From a virus (taxonomy: Duplodnaviria; Caudoviricetes): DNA of 27,695 nucleotides. Shown here one piece after another: positions 6,856 to 17,084 of the stretch. The position numbers and the translations under genes are program-made. The DNA lies in the IMG/VR virus record IMGVR_UViG_3300029825_000041, positions 1 to 27,695 of that record. The stretch is one strand, 5' to 3'. Each line of letters starts with the position of its first letter. The first letter of the stretch is position 1. The notes beneath the pieces are model-generated. The model saw only the letters and a program-made list of their open reading frames with translations, was not told the DNA's origin and searched no databases.

Positions 6856-9800
6856 CTAAGCTCTGGCCGGAGCTCTTTGGCCACGGCCGCGTGCTGCAAT
6901 TTGTTGCTTCTGATAAAGTTTTGTGGCAATCGCATCTACATCAGACTCCTGACGAACTGTCAAACCAGTAAGATCAAACTTATTGATTATGGTTGTGGTT
7001 GGAGTTGCATCGCGACTTCCATTTTGAACTGCTTCTTCAGCCAGTCTTGTCGAAGTGGTTCCGAGTTGAACCGGCTTATTAAGCAGTTGTGCAATGTTGC
7101 TGGAACGAACTGCGCTCAGGTCAAGAACAGGAGTAATAGTAAACGTAAGATCATCAGAATCCTCCATGTCTGCTAATGCTTGAGAAACAGCAGCGATAGG
7201 ACCACTCGCCATCTTCTCACTGGCCTTCTCGGCCTGATCTGCATAATTGATGATACCATTTGCAAAACCCATACTGACAAACTTACCAATTCCTTCAAAA
7301 ACTTTGCTTGGAGAATTCTCGTTAAGAATCGCTTCTGCCGCAGTGACTGCTGCTCGTGCTAAATACTCTGCCGCATTGACTGCTTGATAGGATCCATTAC
7401 GGATTCCCTGAGCGAATCCGGAAGAAGCATTGTAACCAGCATTCTCAAAGTCAGTATTGGCAGAGTTGAAGGAATTTTTGATAGTGCTTATCAAATTTGT
7501 AAGAGTAGAAGCGGCATTTGGTATGAGTTTCTGCAAGATTGTACCAAAAGATGAGACTATCTTGTTTCCACTTGCATCATATGTCTTCTCTACATCATCG
7601 AGTTTTGCATCGGTGTCGGTGTTGAGTTGCGCCAGTTTAGTCTTATTATCCGCGATCATCTGCCTAAGTTGTTCTTCGGTTAAACCAGCGATTTCTTTCA
7701 TCGACGTACTAAATTTGGTTTTCATCTCGTCAAGATTCTTCTGAAGATCCGTGTTAATCTTGTCAAGAGAAGAATTATACGTGGACTCAAGATCATTTAG
7801 TTTATCGGTTAGATCGGCATTAACTTCAGAACTTGCCTGCCCCCAGGTAACCTGTAACTCAGTAAGTTTATCGCGAAGATCTGCATTGATCTCAGCAAGT
7901 GCTGCGTTATGTGTGTCACGAAGATCGGACAGATCAGAAACCATCTGAAAGTTGATATTGGACATGGAACTGTTGAATTCTGCCTCAAGATTATCAAGAT
8001 CAATTGCCGCCTGAGCATTTAAATCCTGAATCGCTTGAGCAGTGCTGTTCTTCAGTCCTTCAAGCTCTTCTTCAGCCTTTGTGCGAGCAAAGGCATATTT
8101 ACCTTCAAACAGTCCAACATATTCTGTCAATTGTTCATCCGTAAGAGTCAGAAGGGCTTTAATTTGAGCTTTTGTAGAAGGGCCCATGGCTTGGAGTTCC
8201 TCGATAAGAGCATCTCCAACACCACGACTTGCCAAATCGGCAAGAGATTGTTTCCACTCACTCAGTGCAGCACCTTGATCCTGAAGATTCTTTAAGAGTT
8301 CTTCTCCGGTGACTTCCTCATCAGCACCAACAGCATCAAACAGATTGTAAGAATTATAGATCGCATCTGCACGAGACTTAACTGCAGATTCATATGCCTT
8401 ATTCTGGGCATCGATGTCAGAAAGAAGTTTAGCATTTATCGACTTCTGGTTAGAGGCATAATCCTCACGAAGTCTTTGTCTGTCCTGCTCCGCTTTATCA
8501 AGAATCGAGTTAAGATCATTATAATAACTCTTATCTTCATTTTGCGTTTTCTTATCGGCATCGGTCTTAGCCTGAAGTACATCTTGATCATACTTCTTCT
8601 TGAGATCTGAAAGCTTCTTATTGGCCTCATCTTGAGCATCGGCCACATCTTGGATATAGTCCGCCTCAAGTTTAGCCCGTTCATCAGCTGCATCCTTCTG
8701 AGCTTTCTGTACGTCTTCAATGTACGACATCTGGGCATCATAAATTGTCTTAAGCCTAGTATAGATTTCGCGATCAATCTGCTTTCGTTCCTCAGATCCT
8801 TCTTTATAAGATTCACGAAGCTTTTGATAGAGTTCCAACTCCTGCTCAACCGTGATTGTGCCATAAAACTCTCTTTCCTCAATGATTGCCTTGAGTTTGT
8901 CGAGTTCAGATTTGACAGTTGCCTGCGTCTTAGACCCACCAATACCGGTAGAACCATTAGACAGAGCACTATTAAATCCACTTGTGAGAGAACTACCAAG
9001 ACCCGAACCAGCACTTTCAGCATTATCACTACTTGTTCCTGTAAGAAGCTCAAGCAGGGAATTAATGCCAGAGGTTATACCACTCTCACCGCCTGCAACA
9101 CTTGATGTAATACCTTCAATCGTTAGATTTCCAGTATCAATACCAAGTCCTTTGGCAGTATCAAGTAGAGCGCCCTTTCCATTTTGAATTCCTTCACCGA
9201 TCGACGCCGGAATGTAACTTCCGATGTCAGAGAAGAGATCACTAATTGAATGGACGCCGAGTGTATCACGAATTCCACCTTCTGTTGCTTTAGCCATGTT
9301 AACACCGGCCTGAACAGCAACATTAGTTTCCTTAGAAAGACCATTTGCCAATCCTTTTGTACACCAACCACCAATTGTCTCGAACACTTTGCTCGGTGAG
9401 TGTGCATCCACAACTGATTTAGCCGCAGACACAATGGAAGAAAGAACATTCTTAACAGCAGTAATGGCCGATGCCTGTTTTGATTCGATTCCAGACTTCA
9501 ATCCATCGATCAAATTCCCGCCAAGGGTCTTAAACTCTTTTACGTAGGACTGCCCCTTGTCAGTTACAGCCTTAAATACCGAAGAAACTGTATCAACAAG
9601 AGTTGTTTTCTGCGTATCAAGTTTCTTGATCGGTTCATCGAGAATAGTTGCAATGGATTTCTGGAAGGGCTCCTTATTGTTTTCAAAAGATGCTTTGGCA
9701 TTTTCGATAACATTAGCGCCCATCGTTTCAAAGGAAGTTGTAACTTTACTCATTGCCTCCATTGCTGGGCCAACAACACTGAAATCAACCTCGGACAACT

Positions 9801-12800
9801 GCTCGACAAACTTCTTAAACTCTGATCCGAACTCGGAAAGAGTCGTATTACCAGAGAATAGTTGAGCAAGTCCACCAGAAGCCTTTAACCCATTGGTAAA
9901 TTCAGAAAACTTAACAAGGGCTGGAAGCATCGTTTCGCTCATCAACTGAAGAGAAGAAGTTGCCGTTGCAAGTTGCGCCTGATCAACAGTGCCAAAGGTA
10001 TCAATAAGGCCGTGAATCTGCTCAGAAAAAGTCGGAAGATCAACCGTGCCAAGAAAAGCACCTAAGAAACCGCCAGCATTTGGAATCTCTTGTGCTGCTT
10101 CAGCAAACAACTTAAGATTGGCCGCCATAGGTTTCATTGCAGCGAGAACCTCTGTCGAATGAGTCGCTTGCTCAGTTGTTACCCCAGAGAAAGCATTGAC
10201 GAACTGAACAAGCATAACACCAAAAGTATTGATGTCATTCTCACCCATAAATTCACCAAGAAAGCCTCCGCTATTAGGGATCTTTTGGGCAGCCGAAGCA
10301 AAAAGCTTAAGATTCTCTGCCATAGGTTTCATGGCGGCAAGGACGTCAGTCATATGGGTTGCTTGTTCCACAGAAACATTAGCAAATGCCCGCACAAAAC
10401 TGGCAAGCATCGTACCAAATGTATCTATGTCATTCTCGCCCATAAATGCTCCAACAAATCCGCCACTATTCGGGATGCCGGTTGCAGCTTCAGCAAAGAG
10501 TTTAAGATTCTCTGCCATAGGTTTCATGGCGGCAAGAGTTGCAGATGCACCAGAAGCATCATCTGGCGAAATTGCATTGAGAGCAGCAACAAGTGTTTGT
10601 AATTGCTCTCCAAAAACTTCCATTGAAGATTTACCAGTTATAAAACTAGCAATTCCGTCAATAATGGCAGCACCTGTGATGATGAGGATCGCCTCAGCGA
10701 GAGCCTTAATTCCTTCAAGTGAATCAGGAGAGAATCCACTTAAAGATTGTACAAAAGCGGCAAGACTAATACCGATTCCTTCAAGCACACCGCCGGCGAG
10801 TCCGCCAACCATTGCGCCAACAAATCGACCAATCCCGGCGCCAACTTCTGTAAGAAGGTCGAGGCCTCGAGTAAGGGCATCTGCATCTTGTATCATCCAG
10901 TTCAGCAATTCCGCCAAACCAACAACAGCCAGAACAATAGCAGCAACACCAGCAATCGCAACCACAACGCCTAAAAGTACTCCCGCACCAAGGGCCCCTG
11001 CCGCTGCAAAAACTGGTGACAAAGCAGCCATAGCTCCAACAAGAACTGCTACAATACCAAGACCGACTGTAAACTTGCCAAGACTGTCCCAACTTACTGT
11101 ATCAACAATTGGAAGGATAAGTTTAAGCGCACCAAAGAAACCCATGGCCGCTATTAGCACAGCAGCAACTCCAACAAAACCAGGAATTAGTCCTTTAATA
11201 CGTTCAACAAATCCAGTATCGCTCATTGGAATACGATCCAGAACAACCAGTAACGCAGTAATTGCCGCAAGGCCAACTGTAAACTTTCCAAGACTATCCC
11301 AACTGGTCTTTTCAATAACCGGAAGAACCATTGAAAGAACACCAAAGAAAGCAGCCGTTGCAATTAAAAGTGCGCCAAGAGCGATCAAAGTAAGACCGAT
11401 GTTTTTAACTTTATCAAGGAATCCTTTTGATCCCTTAGACATAAGACTTACTGCATCGGCAATCTTTTCCATCGCAAATGATAATGCCACAATAGCAACG
11501 GACGCGATCGCCAAGGAAGTAACTGCACCACGCAAAGATTCTTGATCGACCATACTCAAAAGGGCAAGAGATCCAGTTAAAGCAACAATAGCTACTACGA
11601 CGCCCATCAACGATGAAAGCATCTTCGCTTCGCCACTAATTTTAGATGCAACTGCCGTTATCAACTCAATAGCAGCAATCAACCCAACCATTTTGGTAAG
11701 GGTTAAGATACCTTGGTCAATAACTGACTGGTCGAATGTTCCAAGAAGAGCAATGACACCGGTGAATGCAAGAAGTGCAATTGTGACAGAGCCAAGAATC
11801 TTCTGAACTTTAGCTCCGCCAGAAATACGAGCGGAAACAGCGGTAATCAACTCGATGCCACTGATTATTCCAGTCATTTTTGCAAGATTGATAATCCCTC
11901 GATCTATGTCTTCTTGTTTCATGGTTCCAAGGATGGCAATCAAAGCAACCATTGAAAGCATTCCAAGTTGAGTGGCAAGGATGTTGGTTTTAAGCTTCTT
12001 TCCACCACTTATACGACCCGCTAAACCCATCATTACTTCAATTCCGGCAAGAACAAGCGCAATGAGTGCAAGGTTGCCAATACCTTGAGTAATGGTGCGC
12101 GGATCAATGATTGAGAGAAGTTTCATCACGGCAACCATGGCCGCAATACCAACCGCCATACTCAGAATATTAACAGAAACTTTATTCCCGCCACCAATTC
12201 GAGCAGCAAGACCAAATACTCCTTGGAGTGCGCCAATAACAAGCAGAATAGCAGTCATTTTACCGATACTATTCTGGAGATCATTGAGGGAGAAGAGATT
12301 CAAAAGGGCCAAAGCTCCAACGAGAGCCAGAATTGAAGCCGACATACCAAAGAGATTAGCTGAAACCTTCTGCTGGCCTGGAATCTTGCTGATTAAAGCC
12401 GCCAAAACTTGATATCCCGTAATGAAACCAAGCATCACTCCAAGAACCATAGTGGCATTCCAGACCTGGGACTCATCGATCTTACTGATTTTTTTTACAG
12501 CGGTTGCCATGATAAGCAAAGCCGCGGCCACACCAGTAAGCCCAAAAGCAGAAGAAACCAATTTCTTGTCGGCTGTAAGTTTTGTCGCTGCAACATTAAT
12601 CCCTTGAAGTAAGCCATAGGCCACAACAAATATCGCGACAGCTTTGGCCAATCCAATAAGACTTTTGTTAAGATCATCCGCAGGAATCGTAGATAATGCC
12701 CAAATGCTTGCGGCAAGAACACCAATGGCAAAAGCCATATCACGAATTAAACTGGTTGTCTTATTTCCCAAGAACTTCTTTGTAAAACCATTGACAACAC

Positions 12801-14787
12801 CTGTAACTGCATTGGTAAAACCAGTCATTGCGCCAGTCAGATCAGATAACTGCTTGACAAATATCAGCAGAACGCCGCCGACTACAAAGGTCGCAATCTT
12901 ATGAAAATCGAGATTTTTGATGACATCGCCGAAGTTTTGGAAACCTTCAACTGCTTTGCCACCAATAAATTCAACAACTTCTTTTAAGACTTTGAGGATT
13001 GTAGGCCAGACACCAACTGCAGATTCATCAAAGACGCCATTAAAGAGACCAGAAACAGCTTGAACGGCTTTAGTAAACTTACCAGAAAGCCAACTCACTG
13101 CCATTTTGATTCCTTCAATGATGCCAGAGAACGCACGGCTTCCAGCATTCTTAAGATACTCAAGAGGATTCTCGGCATTCCACAAACCAGTCACAAATTC
13201 TGAAATACCAGAGATCAGAGTTGAAATTCCAGCTCGCAGAAGTGCTACGCCAATTTTGACAGCCAGCAAAGCATATTGGAAAACTTGAGAAGACTTAATC
13301 GCCTTATCAATGTTAACCAAAAGATCGCCAAGAGATGCCGAAGCGCCAAGAACACCGCTGGTTAACGGGAAGAAAATCTTGATAACTTCCAATGCAGCCG
13401 AACCCAAAAACTTAAATACCTGCCACCCAATGTCAATGACTGCAAACAATCCAGCAAAAGTTCGACGAATCTTATCTGCTGTTTCATCTGTAATGATCAG
13501 TGTGGCTGTAAACGTTTTGAATGATTCAGTTATAGCCAACCATTGTTCTCTTGTTTTTGGTGGAAAGATTTGGTCAAAGGCCTGCGCAATTGGTTTAAGA
13601 ACACTCAGTAATGCGACAGCAACATTCTTAAACCCTTGAAAAACGTTTGAAATACCGCCGGCTTCTTTGAGCCAAGCCAACATTTCATTGCGATTTTCTG
13701 CGCCACTTGCGAATACAGTCCAAAGGATTTCAGTCAGCGATGTGAAATTTCTCTTAGCTTCTTCAAGATCGCCAAAGATAATCTCATATGTACGCATCCA
13801 TCCAGAGGAAACTGCATCCATAGTTGCACTAATAGATTCCCCAAATGTTTTAGCTGTCTGCGCAGCTCTGAAACTTACTTCTGCAATGTCAGAATACTTA
13901 CCAGCAAGAGCATCCATAGCCTCTGCAGCCGTATCATAAGTTCCATCTTCAACAAGTTTATATGCGGCTTCGGAAAGTTCAGAGAATTTACCAAAAGCGG
14001 CTTCCATTACCTTGGTGTTGGCCCACTTCTCCTGCAAAGTCGTGCTGAAATTTCCAATGTCGACAACAGTGCCCTTAACAGTTTGACCTTTCTCATTAAG
14101 GGTGCCAAGTTCAATACCTGTTTCAATGAAAATTTGCTTGAGCTGTTTTCCGGCCACACCGGCCAATTCCAAACTTCTCCAGTCAATGTATTGAAGATTA
14201 CCCGCGCCATATGACTGGTTAAGATTGTACATTGCACGACTAAACTCAGCCGCACCTTTACCAGCGAATGCAGTTGCATTTGCAACGCCGGTAATCAAAG
14301 GAATCAGAGCTTTTACATCTCCGCCAGAAGATGTCATTTGTGCAAGGGCCGCGGTCATATCAGTAAAACCATAGCTGGTTTCATCTGAGAACCACATCAA
14401 CTGGTTGAGATAACCATTAACTTCGTCAATGCTTTTACCGGTTGCATTCATAATAGTCTGAACAGAAGCAGTTTTCTGCTCATATTTAGACCATCCAGCA
14501 GTTAACTGGTCAACCGTTAAGCTCTTCAGAAGTTTTGTACCAGCATCTACAGCAGATTCACCGATTCTACGTAAAGCACCGATGCCAATTTGCTCTAACA
14601 TAGAGAAAGAGCCAGACAAAGAGGTTACAGACTTTTCAAGCCCAGAGAAATCTTTGTCCATTCCAGATGACTTTTTAAGAGCATCGGAAAACTCTTTCAA
14701 ACTGTTCTTGGATTGTGAAATGCCTTTCTCAAACTTTTGATTTTCAAAAGACATTTCTACAATTCTTTGATCAATTTTATCGCTCAT
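6856..14787 (-). CDS. Tape measure protein (~2643 aa)
   Basis: Start revised to ATG 14787 (RBS GGAGG, ATGA overlap with the upstream stop). N-terminus MSDKIDQRIVEMSFENQKFE, then a tape-measure domain (FSDETSYGFTDM), long amphipathic/hydrophobic repeats, HSPSKVF/NSPSKVF motifs and C-terminal ITPVLDLS. Confidence 0.95.
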   Translation of the reverse strand: MSDKIDQRIVEMSFENQKFEKGISQSKNSLKEFSDALKKSSGMDKDFSGLEKSVTSLSGSFSMLEQIGIGALRRIGESAVDAGTKLLKSLTVDQLTAGWSKYEQKTASVQTIMNATGKSIDEVNGYLNQLMWFSDETSYGFTDMTAALAQMTSSGGDVKALIPLITGVANATAFAGKGAAEFSRAMYNLNQSYGAGNLQYIDWRSLELAGVAGKQLKQIFIETGIELGTLNEKGQTVKGTVVDIGNFSTTLQEKWANTKVMEAAFGKFSELSEAAYKLVEDGTYDTAAEAMDALAGKYSDIAEVSFRAAQTAKTFGESISATMDAVSSGWMRTYEIIFGDLEEAKRNFTSLTEILWTVFASGAENRNEMLAWLKEAGGISNVFQGFKNVAVALLSVLKPIAQAFDQIFPPKTREQWLAITESFKTFTATLIITDETADKIRRTFAGLFAVIDIGWQVFKFLGSAALEVIKIFFPLTSGVLGASASLGDLLVNIDKAIKSSQVFQYALLAVKIGVALLRAGISTLISGISEFVTGLWNAENPLEYLKNAGSRAFSGIIEGIKMAVSWLSGKFTKAVQAVSGLFNGVFDESAVGVWPTILKVLKEVVEFIGGKAVEGFQNFGDVIKNLDFHKIATFVVGGVLLIFVKQLSDLTGAMTGFTNAVTGVVNGFTKKFLGNKTTSLIRDMAFAIGVLAASIWALSTIPADDLNKSLIGLAKAVAIFVVAYGLLQGINVAATKLTADKKLVSSAFGLTGVAAALLIMATAVKKISKIDESQVWNATMVLGVMLGFITGYQVLAALISKIPGQQKVSANLFGMSASILALVGALALLNLFSLNDLQNSIGKMTAILLVIGALQGVFGLAARIGGGNKVSVNILSMAVGIAAMVAVMKLLSIIDPRTITQGIGNLALIALVLAGIEVMMGLAGRISGGKKLKTNILATQLGMLSMVALIAILGTMKQEDIDRGIINLAKMTGIISGIELITAVSARISGGAKVQKILGSVTIALLAFTGVIALLGTFDQSVIDQGILTLTKMVGLIAAIELITAVASKISGEAKMLSSLMGVVVAIVALTGSLALLSMVDQESLRGAVTSLAIASVAIVALSFAMEKIADAVSLMSKGSKGFLDKVKNIGLTLIALGALLIATAAFFGVLSMVLPVIEKTSWDSLGKFTVGLAAITALLVVLDRIPMSDTGFVERIKGLIPGFVGVAAVLIAAMGFFGALKLILPIVDTVSWDSLGKFTVGLGIVAVLVGAMAALSPVFAAAGALGAGVLLGVVVAIAGVAAIVLAVVGLAELLNWMIQDADALTRGLDLLTEVGAGIGRFVGAMVGGLAGGVLEGIGISLAAFVQSLSGFSPDSLEGIKALAEAILIITGAAIIDGIASFITGKSSMEVFGEQLQTLVAALNAISPDDASGASATLAAMKPMAENLKLFAEAATGIPNSGGFVGAFMGENDIDTFGTMLASFVRAFANVSVEQATHMTDVLAAMKPMAENLKLFASAAQKIPNSGGFLGEFMGENDINTFGVMLVQFVNAFSGVTTEQATHSTEVLAAMKPMAANLKLFAEAAQEIPNAGGFLGAFLGTVDLPTFSEQIHGLIDTFGTVDQAQLATATSSLQLMSETMLPALVKFSEFTNGLKASGGLAQLFSGNTTLSEFGSEFKKFVEQLSEVDFSVVGPAMEAMSKVTTSFETMGANVIENAKASFENNKEPFQKSIATILDEPIKKLDTQKTTLVDTVSSVFKAVTDKGQSYVKEFKTLGGNLIDGLKSGIESKQASAITAVKNVLSSIVSAAKSVVDAHSPSKVFETIGGWCTKGLANGLSKETNVAVQAGVNMAKATEGGIRDTLGVHSISDLFSDIGSYIPASIGEGIQNGKGALLDTAKGLGIDTGNLTIEGITSSVAGGESGITSGINSLLELLTGTSSDNAESAGSGLGSSLTSGFNSALSNGSTGIGGSKTQATVKSELDKLKAIIEEREFYGTITVEQELELYQKLRESYKEGSEERKQIDREIYTRLKTIYDAQMSYIEDVQKAQKDAADERAKLEADYIQDVADAQDEANKKLSDLKKKYDQDVLQAKTDADKKTQNEDKSYYNDLNSILDKAEQDRQRLREDYASNQKSINAKLLSDIDAQNKAYESAVKSRADAIYNSYNLFDAVGADEEVTGEELLKNLQDQGAALSEWKQSLADLASRGVGDALIEELQAMGPSTKAQIKALLTLTDEQLTEYVGLFEGKYAFARTKAEEELEGLKNSTAQAIQDLNAQAAIDLDNLEAEFNSSMSNINFQMVSDLSDLRDTHNAALAEINADLRDKLTELQVTWGQASSEVNADLTDKLNDLESTYNSSLDKINTDLQKNLDEMKTKFSTSMKEIAGLTEEQLRQMIADNKTKLAQLNTDTDAKLDDVEKTYDASGNKIVSSFGTILQKLIPNAASTLTNLISTIKNSFNSANTDFENAGYNASSGFAQGIRNGSYQAVNAAEYLARAAVTAAEAILNENSPSKVFEGIGKFVSMGFANGIINYADQAEKASEKMASGPIAAVSQALADMEDSDDLTFTITPVLDLSAVRSSNIAQLLNKPVQLGTTSTRLAEEAVQNGSRDATPTTTIINKFDLTGLTVRQESDVDAIATKLYQKQQIAARGRGQRAPARA
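10050..10610 (-). repeat. Three 65-aa (195-bp) internal repeats in the tape measure protein
   Basis: LAAMKPMA(E/A)NLKLFA..A..IPNxGGF.G.F.G occurs three times; cataggtttcat at 10126, 10321 and 10516. Confidence 0.9.
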
Positions 14788-15155
14788 AGATTCCGAACCT
14801 CCTTCCAGCATTCCTCGGCAATCTGATCAAAGATAGGGCGAAGTGCAGGATTGATAAAATCAATTCCTTCAACATAACCGCCACCTTTAGTGGCATGCCC
14901 ATACTGAATCAGAAGTGCTACAGAGTAGCCTTCTTGAATGTTCGAATTGCTGAACCCAATACCCCAGTCCTCAATGGTGTAGGACCAACTTCCGGCGGTC
15001 AAACCGCTGTCTTTTGGGGTCGCCGATTGAAGCGCTTCGACTCCTTGAGCGCCATATCTCTCGAACGCGGTTCTAAGCCTACGACTGAGATCTTTGCTGT
15101 TGTCGAAGAATCGTTCGGCATTTTTAAAAGACCCACGATTGGTCATCTTAATCAT
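14784..15155 (-). CDS. HK97 gp10-like neck / tail completion protein (123 aa)
   Basis: Start revised to ATG 15155 (RBS AAAAGGAG). Motifs GVEALQSATPKDSGLTAGSW, LIQYGHATKGGGYVEG and DFINPALRP. Confidence 0.8.
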   Translation of the reverse strand: MIKMTNRGSFKNAERFFDNSKDLSRRLRTAFERYGAQGVEALQSATPKDSGLTAGSWSYTIEDWGIGFSNSNIQEGYSVALLIQYGHATKGGGYVEGIDFINPALRPIFDQIAEECWKEVRNL

Positions 15156-15171
15156 GCCTGTCGCTCTCCTT

Positions 15172-15528
15172 TTAAGCAGTTGTTGAAATAGAATCACAGG
15201 GCACGGCTTTATAGTTTGAAGGTACGATTCGTAATTTATTAACACTCTCCATAACTCGCTTTGCCGTTCCGTTTCCGTCCATTTTTATGTACGGTTTGTA
15301 GAGATAATCACTTAGATTTTCATACTCATCTTGAGTAATCCAATCCCCACGCTGGATATAAGACATGCCGAGATATACAATCCGATCATGGGCCAACCCG
15401 AGAAGCATCTCTCTGGTGACGTCTTTTTTATCCAACTTTTTTTGAAGAATTGCCCAGAAGCCAGATGATGCAATAACAGCGCAAATGATTGTTACCAACA
15501 TTTGGGTCCATGTTTCCATATGCATCAC
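15172..15528 (-). CDS. Holin-like membrane protein
   Basis: One N-terminal TM helix (LVTIICAVIASSGFWAIL) followed by LLGLAHDRI...YENL...YKPY...GNG. Overlaps the endolysin stop codon. Confidence 0.6.
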   Translation of the reverse strand: MMHMETWTQMLVTIICAVIASSGFWAILQKKLDKKDVTREMLLGLAHDRIVYLGMSYIQRGDWITQDEYENLSDYLYKPYIKMDGNGTAKRVMESVNKLRIVPSNYKAVPCDSISTTA

Positions 15529-16286
15529 CTAACTTTCATACAGTAATCCAGAGCAACCCATCCGGCACCGCTCTTAAGCCGACCCCATTTTGACGAGCCG
15601 AGACCAAATGCTTCTTCAATGATTGTATAGATTTCTCCTTTGCGGATCTGTCCAACAACAGGGTTGTTAGTACCAGGACCGCGGCGATAATGAAGAACTT
15701 CGGTATTAACCCGAACTTGATAAGGTAAACCGGTAGGCGCTGTAGGAACAATGATCGGTGTCGGAAGCAAAATTTTATTGACTTCTTCTGCAAGTTCACT
15801 AAGACGGCCAAAAAGATAGTCACCCGGGCAAGCTTTCGCAGCAAACCAACGATGACTGGTAATGTTTTGCTGATCGACTTTACCGATAAGATTTTTGTCT
15901 GCCTTCCAAAGAAGTTTCGGAATACCATTTCTTTTGCATACATCAACGCCGAGTTTGATTAGACCGTCCATTGCGCCATTTGTAATTGCATAAGGATGCC
16001 GCGCATCCGAAGCAATCTCAACGGTAATAGCCCGTTGATCATTGGCATTTGAAGAAGTTGTCCAAGGCCTGTTTTTCTCCTCAACAAACATAGCGATCTG
16101 GCCGGCGTCATCGATACCATAAGTGGAGCTTGCCGCTGTAGTCTTTTTAGCGAACCATTCGCCCAAAGACTTGAGCGAGGCATGGCCAACCACAACATGA
16201 GGAGTAAAGGTATCGATTTTTTTAGTCCGCAAACCACTATGGTTGGGGGAAAGATTGGTATGAATGATTAAAGGAGAATTACTCAT
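15525..16286 (-). CDS. Endolysin: Zn-dependent N-acetylmuramoyl-L-alanine amidase (Amidase_2 type) with C-terminal SH3b-like domain (253 aa)
   Basis: Start revised to ATG 16286 (RBS AAAGGAG). Motifs TPHVVVG, ASSTYGID, WTTSS..ND.RAITVEIA and SHRWFAAKACPG, then a Pro/Thr linker and LHYRRGPGT...WGRLKSGAGWVAL. Confidence 0.92.
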   Translation of the reverse strand: MSNSPLIIHTNLSPNHSGLRTKKIDTFTPHVVVGHASLKSLGEWFAKKTTAASSTYGIDDAGQIAMFVEEKNRPWTTSSNANDQRAITVEIASDARHPYAITNGAMDGLIKLGVDVCKRNGIPKLLWKADKNLIGKVDQQNITSHRWFAAKACPGDYLFGRLSELAEEVNKILLPTPIIVPTAPTGLPYQVRVNTEVLHYRRGPGTNNPVVGQIRKGEIYTIIEEAFGLGSSKWGRLKSGAGWVALDYCMKVR

Positions 16287-16524
16287 CGTCGTCTCCTTTC
16301 CCATTGGATAGTTCGGCCAGCATTTCCACCGACTCAATAAAACCATCCGCTTGTGTCGGGCTATTATCAAGTTTATACCCAAGCTCAAACTCAAGCCCAA
16401 CGAGTTCAAGCATTTTGGTGTTATACTCCTTATCGGAAAGTGTTGACTTCCCGGAAGATGTATAACTCTGCTGGGCGTCGGTCAAAGCATCGACCAACTC
16501 TTGCATTTGGTTTTTCTTATCCAT
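16279..16524 (-). CDS. 81-aa protein resembling the stand-alone Ia (NAD+/NMN-binding) domain of NAD-dependent DNA ligase
   Basis: MQELVDAL..AQQSY...LSDKEYN....EL..LE.ELG..L.NSPTQ parallels the LigA N-terminal pattern L...L....Y......SD.EYD....EL..LE........SPT. RBS GAGGGGG. Confidence 0.6.
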   Translation of the reverse strand: MDKKNQMQELVDALTDAQQSYTSSGKSTLSDKEYNTKMLELVGLEFELGYKLDNSPTQADGFIESVEMLAELSNGKGDDDE

Positions 16525-16532
16525 AGTTGTGA

Positions 16533-17072
16533 TTACCCCCTCGAGTTGTATTTTGCTCTGCGAAGAGCATTCTGCTCAGCATAGTGCGCTGCCGTTTGAC
16601 GTTTACTCATTTTTGAATGTGGCCCATTTTTAGCATCGCAAACCCGGATTAAAGTAAGTAAACGATTTAAATGCCACTTTTGACATTCCATTGGAATATT
16701 ATTGGCAAACATTCGGCAGTAGAGAGTTTCTGCTGTCACTACTTCCCGAGAAGTCGAGCGTTGACCTTTTGAGAACGTTGTCGCAGTCATTGATTCCTCC
16801 ATATATGCTCGAATTTGAGCAATATTTTCAGGAGTCAAAACCGAAAACACATAGTCATTTTTAACGGGTCCGACAGCCATACATCGTATGTAGTCAAACT
16901 CTTGCGCGCTGCTTCTTTTTTTCGCATTCAGATATGGCGTGTGCCACTTAGCTTCCCATTTAGCAATGGAAATCAAAGAATGCTCGAGAGTTAGCGTACA
17001 AGACGGAATGGCGACAAATCTATTTTCTGCTGGAAGATAAATTTCATTCGCCGGAACAATTATCTCAAGCAT
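16533..17072 (-). CDS. Putative second tail assembly chaperone
   Basis: 179 aa with its own RBS AAGGAGG. Motifs LEHSLISIAKWEAKW and IPMECQKWHLNRLLTLIRVC; follows the first chaperone gene. Confidence 0.65.
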   Translation of the reverse strand: MLEIIVPANEIYLPAENRFVAIPSCTLTLEHSLISIAKWEAKWHTPYLNAKKRSSAQEFDYIRCMAVGPVKNDYVFSVLTPENIAQIRAYMEESMTATTFSKGQRSTSREVVTAETLYCRMFANNIPMECQKWHLNRLLTLIRVCDAKNGPHSKMSKRQTAAHYAEQNALRRAKYNSRG

Positions 17073-17084
17073 TCAGAGACCTCC

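Noticed and set aside
10229-11545. 438-aa plus-strand ORF and other plus-strand ORFs within the tape measure gene
   Set aside because: Antisense to Ala/Gly/Leu-rich coding sequence; the low-complexity Pro/Ala/Thr translation is typical of shadow ORFs.
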